A DNA stretch of 64,000 bases, taken from positions 2,745 through 66,744 of the forward strand of contig DAITPY010000003.1 in assembly GCA_036833315.1 (NCBI GenBank), in the 5' to 3' direction. This DNA is from Candidatus Dormiibacterota bacterium. GTDB taxonomy: Bacteria; Chloroflexota; Dormibacteria; Aeolococcales; Aeolococcaceae. The position numbers and the translations under genes were made by a program. Shown piece by piece: positions 53,504 to 62,976 of this stretch (the first letter of the stretch is position 1; every line of letters begins with the position of its first letter). Below the pieces are notes generated by a model. The model saw nothing but the letters and a program-made list of their open reading frames with translations, did no database searches and was not told where the DNA came from.

Positions 53504-53946
53504 GACGCTCGGTATTTGGTCAGCCGAACGCGCAGGTTCCCAGTTCGCTCGTCGACCCGGTAGGTGCTGTCGTCGACGAAGAGTCCCATGAGCCTGAGCG
53601 CGAGGTCGGTTGCCGCGACCAGCTCGGCGCCGCCGCCGATACCGGCCTGCTCGGCGCGTGCGCGCAATTCGGCCTCACGGTTCACGGTGCTGCGCACGGT
53701 CACCTCGAGGCCCTTGTCGCCGAGCTTGAACACGATCCGGACCTGGCCGGCGATCGAGCCCGAGGTCTCCAGGCAGCGGATGGCGTTCTCGCATGCCTGG
53801 GCAACCGCGATCGTGAGATCGTCGATGGCGTCCATGTCGAACCCGGCGAGCGAGCCGATCGCCGCCGCCGCCCGTTTGGCGACCAGGACGTGCTCCCGGT
53901 CAGCGGGCAGCCGGAGCTCCGAAACAGTTCCCATCGCGGTGTTCAC
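53500..53946 (-). CDS. Anti-sigma factor, RsbW/SpoIIAB-like (HATPase_c-type fold)
   Basis: 148 aa; LTIAVAQACENAIRC N-box-like segment. 4-nt overlap with the sigma gene. I could not see a DxGxG box by eye. Confidence 0.7.
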   Translation of the reverse strand: MNTAMGTVSELRLPADREHVLVAKRAAAAIGSLAGFDMDAIDDLTIAVAQACENAIRCLETSGSIAGQVRIVFKLGDKGLEVTVRSTVNREAELRARAEQAGIGGGAELVAATDLALRLMGLFVDDSTYRVDERTGNLRVRLTKYRAS

Positions 53947-53988
53947 GTACCCCGACGAGGGGACCTCGAAACAGAGGGGCCGGCCGCG

Positions 53989-54198
53989 CTACGCAGTCGA
54001 AGGCTCGGAGGAAGGCTCGGACGCGTTCCCGGCCGCGGTCGCCGCCCGCCCCTCGTCAACCGCGCCGGCGATCTCAGCCTCCCACTCGCGGGCCTCGGCT
54101 TCCTCGCGGCGGCGGGCACGCACCCGCCAGAAGAACACGCCGCCGGTGATGGCCGCGCCGGCAGCCATCAGCCCTTTCTTTCCAAACGGTACGCGCAT
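53989..54198 (-). CDS. Hypothetical small membrane-anchored protein
   Basis: 69 aa, one TM (GLMAAGAAITGGVFFW) followed by a charged Arg/Glu helix. Confidence 0.5.
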   Translation of the reverse strand: MRVPFGKKGLMAAGAAITGGVFFWRVRARRREEAEAREWEAEIAGAVDEGRAATAAGNASEPSSEPSTA

Positions 54199-54230
54199 CT
54201 CACGAGCCTCCGGAATTGCCGATCAGGGGA

Positions 54231-54494
54231 TTATGGCCCTCGATGTCGGGCCGGCGCGAGCACGGCGCCGGTGACCTCGAAGAGCACCACCCCGACCGCG
54301 TCCGCGACCGGGTGGAGCACGCCGAGCTGGGGCCCTCCGGCGCGCGTTGCGATGGCCACCAGCTCGCCCGCCACCAGTCCGGCGGCGGCGAGCACGAGCG
54401 TGAGCAGATATGCGCCGCGCCGCGGCATGACCAGCCCCGAGACAGTGGCGCCGATGAGGACGAAGAGGATTGCGAGGACGAGCCCCGGGCTCAC
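54231..54494 (-). CDS. Hypothetical small integral membrane protein
   Basis: 87 aa, about 3 hydrophobic helices; ATGA overlap with aspS stop. Confidence 0.55.
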   Translation of the reverse strand: MSPGLVLAILFVLIGATVSGLVMPRRGAYLLTLVLAAAGLVAGELVAIATRAGGPQLGVLHPVADAVGVVLFEVTGAVLAPARHRGP

Positions 54495-56275
54495 GGCGTG
54501 CGCGCGGGAGGGAGCGTCGCCAGCCCCAGCTCACGGAGCTGACCGGGGTCGACCGGCGCCGGCGCGTCGGTCATCGGCTCCTGCGCCTGCTGGTTCTTCG
54601 GGAAGGCGATCACGTCGCGGATGTTCTCGGTGCCAAGCCCTTCCATGACCATGCGGTCGATACCGCCGGCCCAGCCACCATGGGGTGGGACCCCGTACTC
54701 GAACGCCTCGAGCAGGAAGCCGAATTTCCGGTGTGCCTCATCGGCGTCGATGCCGAGGGCGGCGAGCACGCGTTGCAGGATCATCGGGTCGGTGGTTCGG
54801 ATGCTCCCGCTACCGATCTCGCGACCGTTGACCACGAGGTCGTAGGCGCGCGAGCGCACGCTGAGCGGATCCGTTTCCACCAGGTCCAGGTCGTCGCGCT
54901 GCACCATCGTGAATGGATGGTGGGCGGCGCCGATCTGGCCGGTCTCCTCGCTGCGCTCGAACATCGGGAACTCGGTCACCCACAGCATGTCGATGCGTTC
55001 CTCGTCGTAGAGCTGCCGCGCCCGGCCGAGATGATTGCGCAGCGCGCCGAGCGCGGCGTGGACCACCGGTTCACGGTCCGCGACCATGAGCACGCAATCC
55101 CCTGCTTGCGCACCTGTTGCGCTGCCGATCGCGTCCAGCTCGGCGGCGGAGAAGAACTTGGCGATGCCGCCCTGCCACTCGTCGGCGCGCTTCCAGATGT
55201 AGGCGAGTCCTTTCGCCTTGGCGGTCCGGGCGATCTCCGTGAGCCGGCCTTCGATATCGCCCCGGGTGAGGTCGTCACCGCCGGTGACGCAGATGCCCTT
55301 GACGATGCCCCCGGCGGCGACCGCGTCCGCGAAGACGCGGAAGCCCGACGTGCGCACGATGTCGGTGAGATCGTTGAGCAACAGCCCGAAGCGTGTGTCG
55401 GGCTTGTCGACGCCGTAGCTGTTCATCGCCTGTCGCCAGGTGATGCGCGGGAAGGGAACCGTCAGCGCTCCGCCGCGGAACGCGCACGCCTCCCACGCGC
55501 TCGGGATGGCGTGTTCGAGGGCGGCAAAAATATCGCCTTCGTCGACGAACGACATCTCGATGTCGAGCTGGGTGAACTCCGGCTGGCGGTCGGCGCGCAG
55601 GTCCTCGTCGCGCATGCAATGCGCGAGCTGGAAGTAGCGGTCGAAGCCAGCGACCATGCAGAGCTGTTTGTAGAGCTGCGGCGATTGCGGCAGCGCGTAG
55701 AAACTCCCCGGGAAGAGCCGGCTCGGCACCAGGTAGTCGCGCGCCCCCTCCGGCGTGGCCCGGATCATCAACGGCGTCTCGATCTCCAGAAAGCCGATCT
55801 CTCCCATCGCACGCCGAAGCTCGGTGCAGAATCTTGCCCGGGCGCGCAGGTTGCGCTGCAGGTGCACGCGGCGCAGGTCGAGGTAGCGGTGGCGCAGGCG
55901 CAACTGCTCGTCGACGTCGGTGTCCTCGTTGACGGGGAACGGCGGCGTTTTCGCGATCGCGAGCACGCTGCAGGAGGCGGCCCGCAACTCGACCTCGCCG
56001 GTCTCACGTTTGGCATTGAGGTTCTCGGGTGCGCGCACGTTCAAGACCCCGTCGAATCGGAGCACCCATTCCAGACGCGCATCCCGAGCGGCCCGGTGCG
56101 CCTCGGGCGCTTGATTGGCATCGATCACGACCTGGAGGATGCCGGTGTGATCGCGGAGATCGATGAAGATGAGGCCGCCCTGGTCGCGACGCCGGTCGAC
56201 CCATCCGTACACGGTCATCGAGGTGCCGGAGTCGGACGCCCGCGGCGTCCCGCAGTAGGTGCGCGCTGTGGTCAC
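54491..56275 (-). CDS. aspS: Aspartate--tRNA ligase
   Basis: YFQLAHCMRDEDLRADRQPEFTQLDIE class II motif; 594 aa. Confidence 0.95.
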   Translation of the reverse strand: MTTARTYCGTPRASDSGTSMTVYGWVDRRRDQGGLIFIDLRDHTGILQVVIDANQAPEAHRAARDARLEWVLRFDGVLNVRAPENLNAKRETGEVELRAASCSVLAIAKTPPFPVNEDTDVDEQLRLRHRYLDLRRVHLQRNLRARARFCTELRRAMGEIGFLEIETPLMIRATPEGARDYLVPSRLFPGSFYALPQSPQLYKQLCMVAGFDRYFQLAHCMRDEDLRADRQPEFTQLDIEMSFVDEGDIFAALEHAIPSAWEACAFRGGALTVPFPRITWRQAMNSYGVDKPDTRFGLLLNDLTDIVRTSGFRVFADAVAAGGIVKGICVTGGDDLTRGDIEGRLTEIARTAKAKGLAYIWKRADEWQGGIAKFFSAAELDAIGSATGAQAGDCVLMVADREPVVHAALGALRNHLGRARQLYDEERIDMLWVTEFPMFERSEETGQIGAAHHPFTMVQRDDLDLVETDPLSVRSRAYDLVVNGREIGSGSIRTTDPMILQRVLAALGIDADEAHRKFGFLLEAFEYGVPPHGGWAGGIDRMVMEGLGTENIRDVIAFPKNQQAQEPMTDAPAPVDPGQLRELGLATLPPARTP

Positions 56276-57543
56276 GCCTCGCCTCGAAGGATGCGCGTGA
56301 CCGTGTCCGCGAGCTCGGTCGCCGCGACGGTCTGCTGGCTGTGTCCGTCGAGGTCGCGCACCACCGCGCTGTCGCCGGCCACTTCGTTCTCGCCAATGAT
56401 GACTGCAACTCTCGCGCCCGCCTTGCCCGCGGCGCGCAGCTTGCGGTCGAGTCTGCGCTGGGCCACGTCGAGCACAGCGCGGGTGCCTGCATGGCGGAGC
56501 TGGCGCGCCGCACTGGCCGCAGCCTCCGCCCCGGCCGGCTCGACCGAGCAGACGTAGACCTCGGCGGCCGGCTCGATCGTGGGGATCGTGCCGAGCGCGC
56601 GAGCCAGGATGAGAATTCGTTCCACGCCGAGGGCGTACCCGGTCGCCGCCGTCGCCGGGAAGCCGAGCAACTCGGCGAGTCCGTCGTACCGGCCTCCTCC
56701 ACCCAGCGAGCTCTGTGCACCCTGGAGCAGGTCGTGCCAGAACTCGAAGACGGTGTCGCTGTAGTAGTCGAGCCCCCGCACCACCCGGTCGTTGCGGATC
56801 GCATCGATGCCTGCCGCCTCGAGATCGCGGAGCACCGCGGTGAGATGCTCGCGGCTGGCGCCGGCGAGTGAGTCCCAGATCACGGGGGCGCGCTCGGCGA
56901 GCGCGGCGTCACGCTTGCAATCGAGGAGACGCAGCGGGTTGGTGTGCAGACGCCGGCGGCAGTCATCGTCCAGGGACGACTCCAGCGGCGTGTAGTAGGC
57001 GACCAGCGCGGCGCGATACCGAGCGCGATCCTCGGGGCTGCCGAGCGAGTTGACCTGCAACTGGATGCCGGTGATGCCGAGTGCCTCGAACAATCGCCAC
57101 GCGACCTCGATGATCTCCGCGTCGAGCTCGGGCGAGCGCTCGCCGATGCACTCGACACCCACCTGGGTGAACTGGTGCTGGCGTCCCGCCTGAGGCCGCT
57201 CGGCGCGAAAGAAGGGGCCCGCGTAGTGCACGCGCACCGGCCGGACCTCCTGGTCGAGATGCGCCCCGAGCACCGCACGGAGCGTTCCGGCGGTCCCCTC
57301 GGGGCGCAGCGTCAGCGACCGGCCGCCTCGGTCCTCGAAGGTGAACATCTGCTTCTCGACCACATCGGTGTCGGCGCCGACCCCGCGGCTGAACAACTCC
57401 GTCGACTCGATCAATGGCGTCTCGATCGGCCGGTAGCCGAAGGACTCGGCTACCCCACGATGCGTCTCGAGCAGCCAGCGCCGGGCAGCAAACTCGTCGG
57501 GGAGGATGTCGCGCGTTCCGCGTGGCGCTGCGATCTCGGGCAT
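56272..57543 (-). CDS. hisS: Histidine--tRNA ligase
   Basis: PRGTRDILPDE..., 423 aa. Confidence 0.95.
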   Translation of the reverse strand: MPEIAAPRGTRDILPDEFAARRWLLETHRGVAESFGYRPIETPLIESTELFSRGVGADTDVVEKQMFTFEDRGGRSLTLRPEGTAGTLRAVLGAHLDQEVRPVRVHYAGPFFRAERPQAGRQHQFTQVGVECIGERSPELDAEIIEVAWRLFEALGITGIQLQVNSLGSPEDRARYRAALVAYYTPLESSLDDDCRRRLHTNPLRLLDCKRDAALAERAPVIWDSLAGASREHLTAVLRDLEAAGIDAIRNDRVVRGLDYYSDTVFEFWHDLLQGAQSSLGGGGRYDGLAELLGFPATAATGYALGVERILILARALGTIPTIEPAAEVYVCSVEPAGAEAAASAARQLRHAGTRAVLDVAQRRLDRKLRAAGKAGARVAVIIGENEVAGDSAVVRDLDGHSQQTVAATELADTVTRILRGEA

Positions 57544-57594
57544 TGGCGTCCGAGTGTACGGGCTCGCAGCTCGAACGAACCCCTGAGAGCCTGA

Positions 57595-57966
57595 TCAGCC
57601 CGAACGGGGGAGCCATCCAGCGGCGTTCACCGGGTTGTCGAACCAGACCGTCGAGTCGAACCCGAGTGGGAGTCCGTGCACGGTCCGCAGGGTGCGTTCG
57701 CATCCCGCGGCCAGCGCTCGGGCGCCGAAGGCTCCTCGCGATCGCAGCGACCGCATCGGCACCAGGACCGAGGCGCGGGGTCGGATCGCGACCAGCACGC
57801 TGCATCCGAGCGCGGTCACGATCAGCGGTTCGCGGCCGCCACCGCTCACCCCGACGACCAGCGATCCGTTTGTCTCCGATTCCAGCAGCTCGGCGACGGC
57901 CTGCTCGAGGATGCGTAGGCGCGCCAGCGGGTCCACGCAGCGCAGTCTCCCCACCTGCCGCGACAT
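57595..57966 (-). CDS. Hypothetical protein
   Basis: 123-aa ORF with strongly GC-biased third positions in the first 22 codons I checked; sits between relA and hisS; no family recognised. Confidence 0.55.
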   Translation of the reverse strand: MSRQVGRLRCVDPLARLRILEQAVAELLESETNGSLVVGVSGGGREPLIVTALGCSVLVAIRPRASVLVPMRSLRSRGAFGARALAAGCERTLRTVHGLPLGFDSTVWFDNPVNAAGWLPRSG

Positions 57967-57984
57967 CTGGGTGTCGCGTGCGCC

Positions 57985-60117
57985 TCAGCCGGAGTCGCGT
58001 GCCACCGTATGGACATCGCGAACCGATTCGAGCCGCTCCAGGAGACGGCTCAACTGCGAGAGGTTCTGGATCTCGACGATGGTGCTGATCACCGCCGTCT
58101 TGTCGTCATACACCTGCACATCGGCGCCGCTCAGGTTGATCTTCGACTCGGCGATGACACCGGCGATGTCGCGAAGCAGTCCGGTGCGGTCCCACGCCTC
58201 GATCTTGATGGCCACGGGATAGACCTGACGCGCTCCGGTCTCCCATTCGACGTCGACGATGCGCTCGACGTCGGTGGCGTTGCGGACGTTCACGCAGTCG
58301 GCCCGATGGACGGTGACTCCCTTGCCGCGGGTGATGTATCCCCGTATCGCGTCGCCCGCGACCGGTTTGCAGCAGTGCCCCAGGGAGGTGAGCATGTCGA
58401 CGTGCCCGTGCACACGAACATGCCCGGTCGGCGCCGGCGTGCTGGTCAGCGGGATGCCGAGGATGCGATCGTCGTCGCTCTGCTGCGCATCTGCTCCGAA
58501 TCGGAGCACGGCGCTGCGCGCGCTGATGTCCCCGTAGCCGATCGCGGCGACGAAGTCCTCGGTGGTCGTCATCTTGAATTCGCGAGCGAGCTCGAGCAGC
58601 TCGTCGTCCTTCACGCCGCTCAACGCCATCTGGCGGAGTCGCCGGAACTCCTTGTCGAGCATCTCGCGGCCCTTCTGGATGTTCTCGTCCCGGCGTTCGC
58701 GCTTGAACCACTGGCGGATCTTTTCGCGTGCGCTCGACGTCTTGACGAAGTTCAGCCAGTCCCGCGACGGACCGTGCAACCCCTTGGTGGTCAGGACCTC
58801 AACGATCTCGCCGTTCTCCAGGCGGTGGTCAAGCGGGACCATGCGTCCGTTGACCTTGGCGCCGATGCACGCGTGCCCGACGTCGGTGTGGATTCGATAG
58901 GCGAAGTCGACCGGCGTCGAACCCTGTGGCAGCGAGCGCACGTCGCCACGCGGCGTGAAGACGAACACCTCGTCCTGGAAGATGTCGACCTTCACGGTGT
59001 TCACGAAGGCCTCGGCGTCGAGCACCTCCTTCTGCCAGTCCATCAGCAGGCGCAGCCATGTGAAGCGCTCGTCGATGCGCGCACCGTCCTGACCGCCCTT
59101 GTACCGCCAGTGGGCCGCAACCCCGTACTCGGAGGTCTCGTGCATCTCCTGGGTCCGGATCTGCACCTCCATCGGCTCACCCGTGTGGGACAGCACGGTG
59201 GTGTGCAGTGACTGGTAGCCGTTGCCCTTGGGCATCGCGATGTAGTCCTTGAAACGTCCGGGCAACGGCTTCCACAGCGAGTGCACGATGCCCAGTGCGC
59301 CGTAGCAGTCCTTGATCGAGTCCACGAGGACGCGGATGGCGATGATGTCGTAGATCTCGTCGAATTCCTTCTGGCCGCGCACCATCTTCTCGTGGATGCT
59401 GTAGGTGCGCTTGGTGCGCCCCGCGATCCCCGCGTGCATGCCGAGCGGCGCGAATTCGCGACCGAGGATCTCGGTGACGTCACGGACGAACCCATCACGT
59501 TGTTCGCGGGTGCTCGCCAGCCGCGCCTCGATCAACTGGTAATTGTCAGGATCGAGTTGCACGAAGGCCAGATCCTCGAGCTCGCCCTTGATCTCCCAGA
59601 TACCGAGCCGGTGCGCGAGCGGCGCATAGATGTCGAGGGTCTCGCGGCTGATCCGCAAGCGGCGCTCGGTGGTGTGCGCGCTGACCGTGCGCATGTTGTG
59701 GAGACGGTCGCCGAGCTTGATGAGCACGACACGCACGTCCTCGGCCATGGCGACGAGCATCTTCCGGATGTTCTCGGCCTGATGCTCCTCGGCGCTGCGC
59801 ACATGGATCTTGCCGAGCTTGGTGACCCCGTCGACGAGCTTGGCGACCTGGTCCCCGAAAAGCCGGCGCACCTCCTCTCGGGTGACCTCGGTGTCCTCCA
59901 CGGTGTCGTGGAGGAGCGCGGCCATGACCGTCTCGGGGTCGAGGCGGAGGTCGGCGAGGATCCCGGCCACCGCGAGGGGATGCTCGATATAGGGCTCACC
60001 GGTGAGCCGCGCCTGGCCCGCATGCGCTCGCTCCGCGACGTCGAAGGCGCGCCGAATCGAGGCTTGATCCTCCATTGGGAGGTACTCGACACGGGCCATG
60101 AGGTCGGTGATGGGCAC
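57985..60117 (-). CDS. relA: Bifunctional (p)ppGpp synthetase/hydrolase (RelA/SpoT homologue)
   Basis: HD domain HDTVEDT, synthetase YQSLHTTV, TGS and ACT regions; 710 aa. Confidence 0.95.
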   Translation of the reverse strand: MPITDLMARVEYLPMEDQASIRRAFDVAERAHAGQARLTGEPYIEHPLAVAGILADLRLDPETVMAALLHDTVEDTEVTREEVRRLFGDQVAKLVDGVTKLGKIHVRSAEEHQAENIRKMLVAMAEDVRVVLIKLGDRLHNMRTVSAHTTERRLRISRETLDIYAPLAHRLGIWEIKGELEDLAFVQLDPDNYQLIEARLASTREQRDGFVRDVTEILGREFAPLGMHAGIAGRTKRTYSIHEKMVRGQKEFDEIYDIIAIRVLVDSIKDCYGALGIVHSLWKPLPGRFKDYIAMPKGNGYQSLHTTVLSHTGEPMEVQIRTQEMHETSEYGVAAHWRYKGGQDGARIDERFTWLRLLMDWQKEVLDAEAFVNTVKVDIFQDEVFVFTPRGDVRSLPQGSTPVDFAYRIHTDVGHACIGAKVNGRMVPLDHRLENGEIVEVLTTKGLHGPSRDWLNFVKTSSAREKIRQWFKRERRDENIQKGREMLDKEFRRLRQMALSGVKDDELLELAREFKMTTTEDFVAAIGYGDISARSAVLRFGADAQQSDDDRILGIPLTSTPAPTGHVRVHGHVDMLTSLGHCCKPVAGDAIRGYITRGKGVTVHRADCVNVRNATDVERIVDVEWETGARQVYPVAIKIEAWDRTGLLRDIAGVIAESKINLSGADVQVYDDKTAVISTIVEIQNLSQLSRLLERLESVRDVHTVARDSG

Positions 60118-60299
60118 GTCCCTTACGAGTGTAGAGCCAGCGCCTCGCCATCAAACACATCGGGATCGCTGCCCTGGTCGGCGGTTATCAAGGACCAGGG
60201 CCAAATGCGGTGTCGGGAACTGTGGATCGCGGTGACAGGTGGCGTTGCGCGGGTGTGACGAGGGCTGTGCTGAAGGGTTCACCCGGTAGACTGACCTCG

Positions 60300-61502
60300 A
60301 TGACGCTGGAATCACGCGAGGCCCGAGTGGCTGAGGCACCGCAGCTGGTCTCACCAATCGGGGGGTCGCTTGTCGATCTGCTGATGACCGCTGACGAGCT
60401 CGCAGACTTCGACGCGCGGGCCGACGAGCTCATGTCGCTGCGAATTTCGTCGACCGCCGCGGCGGACGTGGCGCTGCTCGGCAGCGGTGCCTACTCGCCA
60501 CTGGCCGGGTTCCAGGGACGGGCCGACTACGACAGTGTCGTCGAGCGCGCGCAGCTCAGCGGCGGGACGCCGTGGACCCTGCCCATCACGCTGCCCGCCG
60601 GTGACGGCGGACGCGGGCTGCACGAGGGCGCGGTGGTCGCGCTTCGCGACGACGGCAACCGCCTCGTCGGCGTGCTGACCGTGGATGAGGTCTACGAGCG
60701 CGACCTCGAGCGAGAGGCGAGTGAGGTGTACCGGACCAACGACCAGGCCCATCCCGGGGTGGCGGCGCTGTTCGCCCAGGGGCCGGCCGCGATCGCGGGT
60801 CCTGTCCGGGTCGCGCCGCAGCCGCCGGGCGAGGTGCCCTCGACGCCCGCCGAGACCCGGGCCGCCTTCCAGGAGCGGGGGTGGTCGACGGTGGTCGGGT
60901 TCCAGACACGCAACCCGGTGCATCGGGCCCACGAGTACCTCACCAAGGTTGCGCTCGAACAGGTCGACGGGCTCCTCCTCCATCCCCTCTCGGGGGTCAC
61001 CAAGGGAGACGACGTCCCCTTCGATGTGCGCATGGAGTGCTATCGGGTGTTGCTCGACGATTACTACCCGCCCAGCCGCGTGGTCCTCGGGGTCTTCCCC
61101 GGGGCGATGCGTTACGCCGGACCGCGCGAGGCGATCTATCACGGGCTGGTGCGCCGGAACTACGGCTGCTCGCATTTCATCATCGGTCGGGACGCGGCCG
61201 GCGTCGGCAATTACTACGGCACCTACGACGCCCAGACCCTCTTCGATGAGCTGGGTGGCGCCGACCGGCTCGGCTTCGAGGCGTACAAGTTCGAGCACAC
61301 CTTCTATTGCAGGGCGTGCGAGAGCATGGCCAGCACCAAGACCTGCCCGCATGGCGCCGACGATCGGGTGATCCTGAGCGGGACCCGGGTTCGCGAGATG
61401 CTCACCCGAGGTGACGCGATCCCGCACGAGTTCACCAGACCCGAAGTGGCCGAGATCCTCCGCGCGGCGTACGCGCTCGCGGCATCCGGGGTGGGCTCAT
61501 GA
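60300..61502 (+). CDS. sat: Sulfate adenylyltransferase (ATP sulfurylase)
   Basis: Start trimmed to ATG 60300. GFQTRNPVHRAHEYL and HFIIGRDAAGVG motifs. Confidence 0.9.
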   Translation: MTLESREARVAEAPQLVSPIGGSLVDLLMTADELADFDARADELMSLRISSTAAADVALLGSGAYSPLAGFQGRADYDSVVERAQLSGGTPWTLPITLPAGDGGRGLHEGAVVALRDDGNRLVGVLTVDEVYERDLEREASEVYRTNDQAHPGVAALFAQGPAAIAGPVRVAPQPPGEVPSTPAETRAAFQERGWSTVVGFQTRNPVHRAHEYLTKVALEQVDGLLLHPLSGVTKGDDVPFDVRMECYRVLLDDYYPPSRVVLGVFPGAMRYAGPREAIYHGLVRRNYGCSHFIIGRDAAGVGNYYGTYDAQTLFDELGGADRLGFEAYKFEHTFYCRACESMASTKTCPHGADDRVILSGTRVREMLTRGDAIPHEFTRPEVAEILRAAYALAASGVGS

Positions 61503-62041
61503 GCGGGCTCACCATCTGGTTCACCGGGCTCTCGGGCGCCGGCAAGTCGACGATCGGGCAGCGGGTCGCCACCGCGCTCCGCGAGCAGGGGCACCGCGTC
61601 GAGGTCCTCGACGGCGACGAGGTGCGCCAGACGCTGAGCGCCGGGCTGGGCTTCAGCAAGGAAGACCGCGACATCAACATCCGGCGCATCGGCTTCGTCG
61701 CCGAGCTGCTCACCCGCAACGGGGTGGTGGCGATCACCGCCGCGATCTCCCCGTACCGGGACACCCGCGCCGAGGTCCGCCGCCGCATCGGTCGGTTCGT
61801 CGAGGTCTACGTGAGCTGCTCCATCGACGTGCTCTCGGAGCGCGACGTCAAAGGGCTGTACAAGCGCGCGCTGGCCGGCGAGATCGAGCACTTCACCGGC
61901 GTGTCAGATCCCTACGAGGCCCCCGAGGCCCCGGACGTGATCGTCGACAGCGGGACGCAAACTGTCGAAGAGTCGGTCGCGGCTGTGCTCGCGGCCGTCC
62001 AGGCGAGCGGGCTCCTCCCCGAACCGGCGCTGCGCGGCTGA
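61499..62041 (+). CDS. cysC: Adenylyl-sulfate kinase
   Basis: FTGLSGAGKSTI P-loop; 4-nt overlap with sat. Confidence 0.95.
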   Translation: MSGLTIWFTGLSGAGKSTIGQRVATALREQGHRVEVLDGDEVRQTLSAGLGFSKEDRDINIRRIGFVAELLTRNGVVAITAAISPYRDTRAEVRRRIGRFVEVYVSCSIDVLSERDVKGLYKRALAGEIEHFTGVSDPYEAPEAPDVIVDSGTQTVEESVAAVLAAVQASGLLPEPALRG

Positions 62042-62048
62042 GGCCGCG

Positions 62049-62972
62049 ATGCGCACGCCCCACACTCGGCCGCGGCACCCGCGGCCTCGGGTCACACTCG
62101 ACCAGCTGCACACCTTTCTTGCGGTCGCCGAACGCGAGCACGTGACCGCCGCGGCGGAGGCGCTCGGTCTGTCACAGGGATCGGTGAGCGGTGTCGTCCG
62201 CCGCCTCGAGGCAACGCTCGGACTACCGCTCCTCCAGCGGGTCGGCCGGAACGTCCAGCTCACCGACGTCGGCAGGGCGCTTCGTCAGCTCGCTGAAAGA
62301 GTGCTCGAGGATGTCGGCCAGATCGAGGAGCTCCGGACCGGCTACCTCGCCTTCGAGCGTGGGGAGCTGACCGTCGCCGCCGGGCGCGTGATGGGCGCGC
62401 ACCGTCTCTCGGACTGGCTGGCGCCGTTCGTCGCCGAGCACCCGGAGATCAACGTGCGCCTCGCGCTTGCACCCATGCGCTCGCTGGTCACCATGCTCAT
62501 CGAGGGTCGGGCCGACATCATCCTCGCCGGGTCATCGGTGCGCGTTCCGGGTGTCGAGATGGTCGTGCTCGAGCACACCCAGCTGGTGACGGTGGTGGCG
62601 GCCCATCACCCGCTGGCGTCCAGCCGCACCGCGGTGCGCGACCTGGTGGCCCATCGCCATCTGGCCCACGAGCGAGGCAGCGCGACCGAGGCGCTTGCCG
62701 CCCACGCGCTCGGCACCCACGTGGACCCGGACAACACCCTCGAGCTCGAGGAAGGTGCCCTCCACGCCGCGCTGCTCGCGGGGCTCGGGTTCGCGGCCAT
62801 GCCCCGATCCGTTGTGGAGCAGGACATTGCGGCCGGGCGGCTCGTGATCATCCCGCTCCCCGGGCGCAGCGTCTCGCAGTCGTTCGCGGCGGCGAGAAGG
62901 CGCGACCTGCACACCCCCGCGGTCGAGGCATTCTGGTCGCACCTCCAGCGGATCGCCGTCGACCCGTCCTGA
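62049..62972 (+). CDS. LysR family transcriptional regulator
   Basis: N-terminal HTH LDQLHTFLAVAEREHVTAAAEALGLSQGSVS; 307 aa. Confidence 0.9.
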   Translation: MRTPHTRPRHPRPRVTLDQLHTFLAVAEREHVTAAAEALGLSQGSVSGVVRRLEATLGLPLLQRVGRNVQLTDVGRALRQLAERVLEDVGQIEELRTGYLAFERGELTVAAGRVMGAHRLSDWLAPFVAEHPEINVRLALAPMRSLVTMLIEGRADIILAGSSVRVPGVEMVVLEHTQLVTVVAAHHPLASSRTAVRDLVAHRHLAHERGSATEALAAHALGTHVDPDNTLELEEGALHAALLAGLGFAAMPRSVVEQDIAAGRLVIIPLPGRSVSQSFAAARRRDLHTPAVEAFWSHLQRIAVDPS

Positions 62973-62976
62973 AGCC

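Noticed and set aside
60185-60192. TTATCAAG upstream of sat resembles the start of the S-box (SAM-I) consensus.
   Set aside because: The downstream SAM-I/IV core (GAGGGA...GCCC, GCAACC, the closing AGAUAA-type P1 strand) is not present, so it is treated only as a loop of a local hairpin.
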